Shown in pieces: positions 9,001-16,661 of a stretch of DNA of 32,000 bases. The stretch covers positions 49,593 to 81,592 of the forward strand of contig NZ_JBKFTO010000008.1 in the NCBI RefSeq assembly GCF_050432925.1, in the 5' to 3' direction. A program made the translations under genes and the position numbers. The notes below the pieces were generated by a model. It was not told where the DNA came from. It saw only the letters and a program-made list of their open reading frames with translations, and made no database searches. How positions within the stretch are numbered: the first letter of the stretch is position 1; the number at the start of each line of letters is the position of its first letter. The DNA comes from Pseudomonas sp. 18175. Its GTDB lineage: Bacteria > Pseudomonadota > Gammaproteobacteria > Pseudomonadales > Pseudomonadaceae.

Positions 9001-10680
9001 GACGCCCTCGGTCAACTGCTTAGCGAGACCAACAGCGCCGGCCTGCTGCAGTACGACTACGATGAACTGGGCAACCTGCAAACCCTGACCCTGCCCGATC
9101 AACGTCAGCTCAACCATCTGTACTACGGTAGCGGCCACCTGCATCAAATCAACCTGGGTGGCCGAGTAATCAGCGACTTCGAGCGCGATTCACTGCACGA
9201 GGAAGTGCTGCGCACTCAGGGCGCCCTGCTCACCCGCACCCGCTATGACCGCAATGGCCGACTCAGCCAGAAAGCCCTGCATTACCAGCAAGTCGCCCGT
9301 GAAGTGTTGCCGCTGTTGCAGAAAGACTACCAGTACGACACCAGCGACAATCTGGTGGCCGAGATACTGACCCAGACCCAGCGACCTGGCGGCAGCCGCC
9401 CGATCACGGCGGCCAATGACGACAGTCTGATCGGGCGATTTCACGGCCACACCTCAACCGGCAAATCCTATCAAGGCAGTGCCGCGTACGGCTACAACCC
9501 GGTCGAAGAGATCCAGAGTGTGCACCGGGGTCAGTCTATCGAGAGCCTCAACTACGACGCGGCCGGCAACCTGTTCGATGGCTATCGGGTCAACGGTCTG
9601 ATCAAGCACAACCGGGTGCATGTGTATCAGGACAAGCGTTATCGCTATGACCGCTTTGGCCGACTGAACGAAAAACGTAGCGGCAGCAACCGCATCCAGC
9701 GATTCGAGTATGACGCCGAGCACCGACTGATCGAGGTACATCAACAGAACGGCGCCCTGCGCCAACGCGTGGTATTCGGCTACGACCCGCTGGGGCGGCG
9801 CATCAGCAAGCAGGTGTATAACGACAACGCCAGCGAGCCGAGCCACCGCACGCTGTTTCATTGGCAAGGCTTACGGCTGCTCGAAGAGGTGCAGGACGGG
9901 AGGCCCAGCCTGTACGTGTATGCCGATCCGGGCAGCTATGAACCGCTGGCCCGCCTTGATGGCAAGCCGGGATGTGAGGAAATTTTCTACTTCCACACCA
10001 ACCTGGCGGGGCTGCCGGAACAGCTGACCGACACTGACGGCAACACGGTGTGGCACAGCGAGTACCAGGCCTGGGGCACGACGCGGAACGAGTGGCATGA
10101 TCAGCAGCCAGGGCGTGAGCAGAACCTGCGTTTTCAGGGCCAGTACCTTGACCGCGAAACCGGGCTGCACTACAACACCTTCAGGTTTTATGATCCGGTT
10201 GTGGGGCGATTTACCCAGCCGGATCCGATTGGGTTGATGGGTGGGATCAACCTGTACCAGTACGCGCCGAACCCGATTGGGTGGGTTGATCCGCTGGGGT
10301 TAACTAGATGTCCTGACATTAATCCCCCCCCATCTAGCCCAACCCCAAACCCGCAGACAGGCTTAGGCTATGGCGTGAACGACAAACCAGTAAGAATCGA
10401 GGGGACATGGAACAAACAGGACATATTTAATGGTCTACACGGAAGGACACCAAAATCATTAGGTTCTCCTGACCTACACCATGCACATCAAATGCCTGGC
10501 TCAGGCATACATGAAGTTCGCCCTAGAGACCACAGAGGAAATAAGGCTCTACATCCGAATGGACAAAGAAACCAAGGCGTAACACCCGAAATGCGAAAGG
10601 CCGATCGGGAACTACACTGGTGGTACCGCGCCAGAGAACAAGGCGCCGACAAAATCTACCCCAACTCAATATACGATTAA
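6061..10680 (+). CDS. rhs: prePAAR Rhs-family T6SS effector: prePAAR motif + TM helices + split PAAR + YD-repeat shell + DPxGL cleavage motif + about 125-aa C-terminal toxin
   Basis: The ATG at 6061 follows AGGAG, and the N-terminus MAQIVHAARQGDAILH matches AARxxDxxxH. Long hydrophobic Gly/Ala-rich helices follow. PAAR-like blocks are FINGKPAARAAA and VQINSRPAARSGD. There are many YD repeats (YxYDxxGxL). The core ends PDPIGLMGGINLYQYAPNPIGWVDPLGL at nt 10302. The tip at 10303-10677 is visibly AT-richer. Confidence 0.92.
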   Translation: MAQIVHAARQGDAILHPSLIAELISATVEAVIYAAAALAVGAVICLAVVGTVFTGGALGVVIGIAAGVAVGAMSSIPIGEDRSIGDAISDFCDSIGNAVDSPTVLGEIKSGSKNTFINGKPAARAAAISSPNGSEEEKNGEEPSVLENVSAIAQTALGFAFPPLKLVKDLFDTVHQIFNPPVTTPAAPGFTPKEEDKITCSRHPPMPETYIAQGSDKVQINSRPAARSGDKATCDATIDVNANVSPNVRIGGGTVTVRNIHNGKSKTAQIVGIVAALLISRRMGARPRRSPRSKNNSPICGYKGRPVHVSTGSKVLGGGEDVDFSLPGLLGIEWARSYDSNDSRTDGLFGMGWSVPYEVEIVRVAHPHGGELWVYVDETGNRLELGQLSAGNAFVSVVDGLAFFQLEDGQTVVEDIYAGRYQVFQPDPHNPQRSRLIRLGDRNLNVLDVLYDEQGRLHFLVDKYSQTVVQLHYDQQHPNRVGKASRVFLKAGGSLSIEHNKILVSYRYTRSGQLQEVLDATDHVVRRFTYTAEGYLNSHQVASGAVREYEWARFTIPENRPTPKRADGTLYQLPPLLEPQPDHEWRVTRHWGSDGEEYRFKYDLERGETHVTDSLGRQDHYYWGPFYEIYKHIDPLGNCWQEEIIAGQLMKSVDPQGGEWHYIYDDVGRLIEARDPLGRSEYIRYLRHWALPVEVTDAAGRTYRSGYDAQGNLLWEADPLGRKTHYQYDPEGRVVRVTDALDKTKYLSWNVHGQLLSYRDCSNAQTLYHYDADGHLSESINARGEHTHYRYDARGYLIESERPDGRIDRYDIDAAGQLTAYTDPAQRITRLRYDRSGQLIQRVDALGHSVEFGYDAYGRLLHLSNENHERYRFEWDALDRLIAQQDLDGSGRIYQYNPLDDVTGIHHIPAPLAEPGLDGKDSAEPHTPLVHHFERDALGRLIRKRTDDGVTEYAYDNADNLLTINFTNVQGEEQCLNYTYDALGQLLSETNSAGLLQYDYDELGNLQTLTLPDQRQLNHLYYGSGHLHQINLGGRVISDFERDSLHEEVLRTQGALLTRTRYDRNGRLSQKALHYQQVAREVLPLLQKDYQYDTSDNLVAEILTQTQRPGGSRPITAANDDSLIGRFHGHTSTGKSYQGSAAYGYNPVEEIQSVHRGQSIESLNYDAAGNLFDGYRVNGLIKHNRVHVYQDKRYRYDRFGRLNEKRSGSNRIQRFEYDAEHRLIEVHQQNGALRQRVVFGYDPLGRRISKQVYNDNASEPSHRTLFHWQGLRLLEEVQDGRPSLYVYADPGSYEPLARLDGKPGCEEIFYFHTNLAGLPEQLTDTDGNTVWHSEYQAWGTTRNEWHDQQPGREQNLRFQGQYLDRETGLHYNTFRFYDPVVGRFTQPDPIGLMGGINLYQYAPNPIGWVDPLGLTRCPDINPPPSSPTPNPQTGLGYGVNDKPVRIEGTWNKQDIFNGLHGRTPKSLGSPDLHHAHQMPGSGIHEVRPRDHRGNKALHPNGQRNQGVTPEMRKADRELHWWYRAREQGADKIYPNSIYD
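8572..10302. repeat. Direct repeat copy A (3' part of the Rhs core within the main rhs gene)
   Basis: It aligns to 11169-12899 at a constant offset of 2597 nt with no indels that I could find. From about 8614 to about 10190 it is near-identical, with scattered substitutions. Both edges are more diverged. Confidence 0.85.
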
Positions 10681-10695
10681 AAAGAAGTCAATCAT

Positions 10696-11160
10696 ATGAA
10701 CCGAGACACCTTCAGTAAAAATGTAGAACTTGTAAAAAAACTCAAGCCAGAATGGTTCTTGTGCACAGACGGACAGATAGCAACTCCCAAAAATATAAGC
10801 GCAATTGAAAAATCTATAAATGCCAAACTACCTGACGAATTTACATTTTTCTCGTTAAACTACGAGGCAGGTTACTTTGGCTTTATAAACATCTTCTCCC
10901 TAAGCCCAGATAGTGAGTGGTATTTACCCAGCAAAACAAACGAACACCCCAATGTCGCACTACCCAGCAACTTCATAGCATTTAGCGATGACGAAACAGG
11001 CGGATACTATGGATTTATAAAAAATGACACAAACCACAGCAACAAGGTATATCATCTAGACTCATCAACAAATGAAACAACCCCAACAAATCTAAATTTC
11101 TTTGAATTTGTAATAAGTAATGCCTTCAAACCCGAGCACTTTGAGATCCCCTTACCGTAG
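10696..11160 (+). CDS. SUKH/SMI1-KNR4-like immunity protein for the main Rhs toxin
   Basis: 154 aa, AT-rich, starting 16 nt after the rhs stop. It shows the SUKH-1-like pattern ISAIEKSINAKLPDEFTFFSLNYEAGYF...FSDDETGGYYGF. Confidence 0.7.
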   Translation: MNRDTFSKNVELVKKLKPEWFLCTDGQIATPKNISAIEKSINAKLPDEFTFFSLNYEAGYFGFINIFSLSPDSEWYLPSKTNEHPNVALPSNFIAFSDDETGGYYGFIKNDTNHSNKVYHLDSSTNETTPTNLNFFEFVISNAFKPEHFEIPLP

Positions 11161-11168
11161 TAGATAAG

Positions 11169-12899
11169 CTGCCGGTCCAGCGTGTCGATGCCTTCGGCCA
11201 CAGTGTCAAGTTTGGCTACGACGCCTATGGCCGCCTGCTGCACCTGAGCAATGAAAACCAAGAACGCTACCGATTTGAGTGGGACGCGCTGGACCGCCTG
11301 CTCGCCCAACAGGACCTGGACGGCAGCGGGCGCATCTACCAGTACAACCCGCTGGATGATGTTACCGGCATCCACCATATTCCCGCGCCGCTGGCCGAGC
11401 CTGGTCTGGACGGCAAGGACAGCGCCGAACCGCACATGCCACTGGTGCACCATTTCGAGCGTGATGCCTTGGGACGGTTGATTCGCAAACGCACCGACGA
11501 TGGGGTCACCGAGTATGCCTACGACAATGCCGACAACCTGCTGACGATCAATTTCACCAACGTTCAAGGTGAAGAACAGTGTCTCAACTACACCTACGAC
11601 GCCCTCGGTCAACTGCTTAGCGAGACCAACAGCGCCGGCCTGCTGCAGTACGACTACGATGAACTGGGCAACCTGCAAACCCTGACCCTGCCCGATCAGC
11701 GTCAGCTCAACCATCTGTACTACGGTAGCGGCCACCTGCATCAACTCAACCTGGGTGGCCGGGTGATCAGCGACTTCGGGCGCGATTCACTGCACGAGGA
11801 AGTGCTGCGCACTCAGGGCGCCCTGCTCACCCGCACCCGCTATGACCGCAATGGCCGACTCAGCCAGAAAGCCCTGCACTACCAGCAGGTCGCCCGCGAA
11901 GTATTGCCGCTGTTGCAGAAAGACTACCAGTACGACGCCAGCGACAATCTGGTGGCCGAGATACTGACCCAGACCCAGCGACCTGGCGGCAACCGCCCGA
12001 CCACGGCGGCCAATGACGACAGTCTGATCGGGCGATTTCACGGCCACACCTCAACCGGCAAATCCTATCAAGGCAGTGCCGCGTACGGCTACAACCCGGT
12101 CGAAGAGATCCAGAGTGTGCGCCGGGGTCAGTCTATCGAGAGCCTCAACTACGACGCGGCCGGCAACCTGTTCGATGGCTATCGGGTCAACGGTCTGATC
12201 AAGCACAACCGGGTGCATGTGTATCAGGACAAGCGTTATCGCTATGACCGCTTTGGCCGGCGGAACGAAAAACGTAGCGGCAGCAACCGCATCCAGCGAT
12301 TCGAGTATGACGCCGAGCACCGACTGATCGAGGTACATCAACAGAACGGCGCCCTGCGCCAACGCGTGGTATTCGGCTACGACCCGCTGGGGCGGCGCAT
12401 CAGCAAGCAGGTGTATAACGACAACGCCAGCGAGCCGAGCCACCGCACGCTGTTTCATTGGCAAGGCTTGCGACTGCTTGAAGAGGTGCAGGACGGCAGA
12501 CCCAGTCTGTACGTATATGCCTATCCGGGCAGCTACGAACCCTTGGCCCGCGTCGATGGCAAGCCAGGCAGCGAGGATATCTTCTACTTCCACACCAACC
12601 TGGCGGGGCTGCCGGAACAGCTGACCGACACTGACGGCAACACGGTGTGGCACAGCGAGTACCAGGCCTGGGGCACGACGCGGAACGAGTGGCATGATCA
12701 GCAGCCAGGGCGTGAGCAGAACCTGCGTTTTCAGGGCCAGTACCTTGACCGCGAAACCGGGCTGCACTACAACACCTTCAGGTTCTATGATCCGGATGTG
12801 GGGCGGTTTACTCAGACGGATCCGATTGGGTTGGCGGGCGGGCTGAACCTTTATCAATATGCTCCAAATTCGACAGGTTGGATTGATCCATTAGGGCTA
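11169..12899. repeat. Direct repeat copy B (orphan Rhs core fragment)
   Basis: This is the same alignment as copy A. It begins immediately after the immunity gene stop (11158-11160) and ends at the DPLGL codons (12885-12899). Confidence 0.85.
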
Positions 12900-13271
12900 A
12901 GGAGATGCCCTAAACTATGGGATGTGGACTCCCACCAAAATAATAAGAACGCCGTTAGGGGCCGAAATCTTAAATTGGATTCACACCATGTCGGACAAAA
13001 AAACATCATGCAAAATTTGGTGAAGAATTATGATCCCAAGACAGCTCCGACCATCCTAGTACCTCGGACTGGCCATACAACAAGAAATGGAGAAATCGGC
13101 ATTGTATCCAGAAGCAAGATAAACCCAAAAACAGGACAACCATTTACAAATGCCAGATCTCTTGTCGCTAGAGACATTAAAGAGCTAAGGAGAGTTTACC
13201 CAGACATTCCGAATAGCAAGCTCCAGGAACTCATTAGACTTAACAAAGAAATGTACCCAGAACTCAGGTAA
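11436..13271 (+). CDS. Orphan Rhs C-terminal module (truncated YD-repeat core + DPxGL + alternative 123-aa toxin tip)
   Basis: The frame is open from 11145 but has no ATG/GTG/TTG before 11436. The Met codon at 11436 corresponds to ACG (Thr) in the main copy. The core is near-identical to rhs residues from about 840 on. The tip after WIDPLGL (12900-13268) is unrelated to the main tip and AT-rich. Confidence 0.8.
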   Translation: MPLVHHFERDALGRLIRKRTDDGVTEYAYDNADNLLTINFTNVQGEEQCLNYTYDALGQLLSETNSAGLLQYDYDELGNLQTLTLPDQRQLNHLYYGSGHLHQLNLGGRVISDFGRDSLHEEVLRTQGALLTRTRYDRNGRLSQKALHYQQVAREVLPLLQKDYQYDASDNLVAEILTQTQRPGGNRPTTAANDDSLIGRFHGHTSTGKSYQGSAAYGYNPVEEIQSVRRGQSIESLNYDAAGNLFDGYRVNGLIKHNRVHVYQDKRYRYDRFGRRNEKRSGSNRIQRFEYDAEHRLIEVHQQNGALRQRVVFGYDPLGRRISKQVYNDNASEPSHRTLFHWQGLRLLEEVQDGRPSLYVYAYPGSYEPLARVDGKPGSEDIFYFHTNLAGLPEQLTDTDGNTVWHSEYQAWGTTRNEWHDQQPGREQNLRFQGQYLDRETGLHYNTFRFYDPDVGRFTQTDPIGLAGGLNLYQYAPNSTGWIDPLGLRRCPKLWDVDSHQNNKNAVRGRNLKLDSHHVGQKNIMQNLVKNYDPKTAPTILVPRTGHTTRNGEIGIVSRSKINPKTGQPFTNARSLVARDIKELRRVYPDIPNSKLQELIRLNKEMYPELR

Positions 13272-13281
13272 GGACAGGCAT

Positions 13282-13632
13282 ATGAACCTTGACGAGCAAG
13301 TGATAAATTCCATATTCGAAGAGCTACTCGAAGACAACTCATCTAACTACAAGAAAGAACTGAGTAAACCCGTTGACTCAAAGCTAGACTTATACGCCAG
13401 AGTGCGGTGTGCGCTAGCCAAACTAAGCGCCAGCGAAAGAGACGATATTTTTAGAATTTTCGACATAATTATTGCCGATAGCGCATCTGTAATATTTGGC
13501 ACACTGGATGGAACTCATTTCCCAAACAATATTAATGAAGATTTTATTCTTCAATACAACAACAAAGAAATCCAAGGCAATTTACAGGATATTTTCATAG
13601 AAAAAGCCGAAGAAAAGGGCATCTACAAATAG
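13282..13632 (+). CDS. Putative cognate immunity protein of the orphan Rhs toxin (no family recognised)
   Basis: 116 aa, AT-rich and acidic. It starts 10 nt after the orphan toxin stop with an AAGGA-type RBS. The call rests on position only. Confidence 0.55.
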   Translation: MNLDEQVINSIFEELLEDNSSNYKKELSKPVDSKLDLYARVRCALAKLSASERDDIFRIFDIIIADSASVIFGTLDGTHFPNNINEDFILQYNNKEIQGNLQDIFIEKAEEKGIYK

Positions 13633-13649
13633 AAATAACAAGAGTGATG

Positions 13650-13933
13650 GAGGTGTGCTTTGGCTACCGGCCGACGGCGCCTGGCAACATGCATGAGTGC
13701 CATTCGCCGCCCCCGAACAACGCCCACACCCCGCCCGCGTGGACGGAATCACTTACACACTTCCGCCGCTGCTGGAGCCACAACTCGATCACGAATGGCG
13801 TGTCACCCGCCACTGGGGCATCACCGATGCAATGGACAAGAACAAACACGACCAGTTATTCAGTTACCGCGATTGTTCAAATGCGCAAACGCTGTACCAC
13901 TACGATACCGACGGGCACCTCTACCTGGACTGA
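13650..13933 (+). pseudogene. Degenerate Rhs core remnant with an internal deletion
   Basis: The segment ...YTLPPLLEPQLDHEWRVTRHWG matches main rhs at about nt 7735-7830. It is fused directly to ...DAMDKNKHDQLFSYRDCSNAQTLYHYDTDGHL, which matches main rhs at about 8270-8390. It is more diverged than the orphan copy and has no N-terminus or toxin. Confidence 0.65.
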
Positions 13934-14069
13934 CCCGCCGCTCGGCCAGCACCCGTCGTCCACATCGGCCTAAGTTGTAGGAGAAAGCCATTGACGTCCA
14001 ACGTGGCTTACCCGCCCAATGCCGATCACCATGGATGGAGCGTGCAACAGCACACAGGGGCGGACTGGG

Positions 14070-14423
14070 ATGACGATCGGCGCACGGTTACGAGAGGAAC
14101 GCATACGCTTGGCGCTGTCCCAGCGCGCGTTGGGAGAGGTCGGCGGCGTGGAGGCCAATGCACAGCGACGCTACGAAGACACCAGCCGCTATCCCAAGGC
14201 CAACTACCTCGCCGCGATCACCACCGCAGGGGTAGACGTGCTCTATGTGCTGACGGGCGAGCATCATATTCCGTCGCCAAGCCGCGAAGACCTGACCCTG
14301 GCTCAGCATGACTTGCTGCTCTATCAGCGTCAGCTCAAACAGTTGCAGCGCCGTTCCGAGGGGCTGATGCAGACAATGCAGCAGATGTCCGACGGACTAC
14401 TTCGCCCTGAAAGCAGCACCTAA
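14070..14423 (+). CDS. XRE/Cro-C1 family helix-turn-helix transcriptional regulator
   Basis: MTIGARLREERIRLALSQRALGEVGGVEANAQRRYEDTSRYPKANYLAAITTAGVDVLYVLTG is a classic HTH_3 pattern, followed by a coiled-coil tail. The internal ATG at 14070 is preferred over the ORF-track start at 14019. Confidence 0.7.
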   Translation: MTIGARLREERIRLALSQRALGEVGGVEANAQRRYEDTSRYPKANYLAAITTAGVDVLYVLTGEHHIPSPSREDLTLAQHDLLLYQRQLKQLQRRSEGLMQTMQQMSDGLLRPESST

Positions 14424-14582
14424 GAACCCCAATGTTGCTCCGACGGCAACCCCGCAAACGCTGACAGGAAGTTTCATACAGCGCAAAGGGAAACTGGCGA
14501 CTGGGCAAACCCTGACTGAAACCTAATCTCTCAACTGTAGCGAACCCTACGACAACGCTTAACACAGAGAGGGAGAACAGGT

Positions 14583-15239
14583 GTGTCGACAGTCGAGAGC
14601 GCGATTCCAGCAGATGCCATTCCAGCCATCGGCCAGCCTTACGGAGGTGGATTTGTCACCGGCATCACCCGCGATACGCCGACCGGGCAGCTCTATCTGA
14701 ACATCACGGCGGGCGGTCAATACGAGCTTAGAGGCGCGTGGGGCAAGCCAGGGAAATTGATTGAGGGCGCCGACAGTTTCACCGATAGCCGCGCCAACAC
14801 AGGAGCGATGGCGGCGGCTGGCAGTGAGCTTGCACGACAGACGCTGAATCTGAACATAGGTGGCTTCAACGACTGGGCAATTCCAGCACGCGATGTACAG
14901 GAATTGCAGTACCGCCATTTTAAGCCAGGTTTTTACACCAACCATGTAGGCGCGTGCAGCGGTGTAAACCCAAGCAGCGTGCCTGTGGGGATGCCCTATA
15001 GCGAAGAGGAACCCCCACAGACGGCTCATCCGGGTTTCAGGCCTGGAGAACCGGAGGCATTCCATGGCTTATGGTGGATGACGTCAACGCAGTACTCCGC
15101 AGATTATTGCCATGCAATTAATTTCGAAGAAGGCTTTCAAACGGGCATTGGCAAAGGTGGCGACCTCCCCGCCCGCCCAGTCCGCCGTATACCCATTGCT
15201 TTTGACTACCCTCAACTGCCTGGAACCGCTCAGGATTGA
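14583..15239 (+). CDS. DUF1566 (Lcl C-terminal domain)-like protein
   Basis: GTG start after GAGAGGGAG. The motifs FNDWAIPARDVQELQ and WWMTSTQYSADYCHAINFEEGFQTGIGKGGDLPARPVRRI resemble the DUF1566 signature (DWRLP...EL ... W.S... A..v.f..G......K......vR.VR). Confidence 0.55.
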   Translation: MSTVESAIPADAIPAIGQPYGGGFVTGITRDTPTGQLYLNITAGGQYELRGAWGKPGKLIEGADSFTDSRANTGAMAAAGSELARQTLNLNIGGFNDWAIPARDVQELQYRHFKPGFYTNHVGACSGVNPSSVPVGMPYSEEEPPQTAHPGFRPGEPEAFHGLWWMTSTQYSADYCHAINFEEGFQTGIGKGGDLPARPVRRIPIAFDYPQLPGTAQD

Positions 15240-15395
15240 ACTCGCTGAGGGCTCCACCAGCACATCCGTGAGGGGCGGAGAGTTACGTCTGCGCACTCTC
15301 TATTACTTGTTCGTCAACGGTATTCCCGTATCACTGGACGGCAAGAAGACCGCCTGCGGCGTGGCGCTGATTACCGGCGCCCCTCATGGTTCGGC

Positions 15396-16637
15396 TCACG
15401 ACTGATGTGTACGACCTCGGGTGCGTAAATTGTGATCCGTAGAGGCGGATGCAGGCAGACACGGCAAACCGCGATCGGTCCACCAGCACCAGGCGCCGGC
15501 CAATGCACGCTCCTTGGCGATACGTTCCGATGCCTTCATAAAGGGGCTCAGCACATGCAGCGGCACGGGCGCATCTCCAGCATCCACCAGCAATGCATTG
15601 GCAAAGGCCGCCGCCTCACTAGCCGTCGCGTCATACCGCAACGGCTTGATAAAACGCCTGCGCTGCTCGATCAGTGCGTGAACCAACATTGCGTCATGCA
15701 AGCCCTCCACCGCTATCCATTCAGCCGTGGTCAGCATCAAGCTGGCTGCCTCCACCGCATAGGTGGACTCGCGCTTGGCGTAGACCAGCGCCGTGACAAT
15801 CAACCGTAGAGGGATATCACTGTCAGCATCCCGCGCCTCGAACAATGCTGCGTAGCTATGTTGCAACCGTCTCCAAGTGGCGTCGTTCAGCAGCAGCGGC
15901 ACCTCCGGCATGTGCTTGATCCAGAGCTTATGCCCCTGCCCGCCCGGTTCACAGCCTTTGAGCTCGCCCAGGATCAACGCCAGCGGTCGCTCTTCGCCCA
16001 CCGGGTTGAGCAACGCCAGCTGTTGACGCCGCCGTTGTGCGATATCGGCTTTGTGCTCAAGGGTGAATTGTTCGGGCACATACAGGCGTTCGCTAAGGGA
16101 TACACCCTTGACCCGAATATCCCGCGCCGCCGCCATCAGGTAATGATGGATCACTCGCTGTGAACGCTTCCCGGCCATGGCCGGACTCCAGCGATTGAAG
16201 CCGGCACGCTCGAACAAAAAGTGCGTCACCGCCCGCAAGCTCATGCGTCGCGCCGTGGCCTGCACCTCGCCGGGCTCCTCCTGTGCCGGGCCATGCACGA
16301 CACTGCGTCCGCCCAACCGGGCCCACGGAAAATCCACGCGCAACTCAACCTGCCCCGGCACGTCTTCGCGCACCGCCTCCCCGAGCAATGCGCCCAGTCC
16401 AGACGCTGCCGCCTCGGGCGCATAGGCCGCGCAACCGGGATGGTGCAATTGACCAGTGTCGGGCATACGTTTGATCTGGTACTGCCGGTAGTGCGCGATA
16501 TACATCTCCACGCCTCCCGGCACGCATAGGCAGCGCGGGCGTTCTGCAGTGCCATGCAGTTGCGCCAAATACGTTTGCAGGCGCGGATCGTCAGCTTCAA
16601 AAATATGCCCACCGAGGGCGAAATGACGTGTGCCCAT
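15396..16637 (-). CDS. DUF1173-like protein of unknown function
   Basis: 413 aa. An N-terminal Cys/His cluster (RPRCLCVPGG...HHPGC) and C-terminal ...WIAVEGLHD...RRFIKPLRYD... match my recollection of DUF1173. It starts 24 nt downstream of the recombinase-like gene on the same strand. Confidence 0.55.
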   Translation of the reverse strand: MGTRHFALGGHIFEADDPRLQTYLAQLHGTAERPRCLCVPGGVEMYIAHYRQYQIKRMPDTGQLHHPGCAAYAPEAAASGLGALLGEAVREDVPGQVELRVDFPWARLGGRSVVHGPAQEEPGEVQATARRMSLRAVTHFLFERAGFNRWSPAMAGKRSQRVIHHYLMAAARDIRVKGVSLSERLYVPEQFTLEHKADIAQRRRQQLALLNPVGEERPLALILGELKGCEPGGQGHKLWIKHMPEVPLLLNDATWRRLQHSYAALFEARDADSDIPLRLIVTALVYAKRESTYAVEAASLMLTTAEWIAVEGLHDAMLVHALIEQRRRFIKPLRYDATASEAAAFANALLVDAGDAPVPLHVLSPFMKASERIAKERALAGAWCWWTDRGLPCLPASASTDHNLRTRGRTHQS

Positions 16638-16661
16638 GGTTGCCCTCCCATCGGGTCCGCG

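Noticed and set aside
13644-13980. Overlapping 106-109-aa ORFs across the third Rhs remnant
   Set aside because: These are alternative frames of degenerate rhs-derived DNA. Only the frame matching Rhs residues is meaningful, and that one is a pseudogene fragment.
15112-15405. 97-aa plus-strand ORF overlapping the end of the DUF1566 gene
   Set aside because: It overlaps a better-supported gene, has no RBS or motif, and runs into the convergent DUF1173 gene end.
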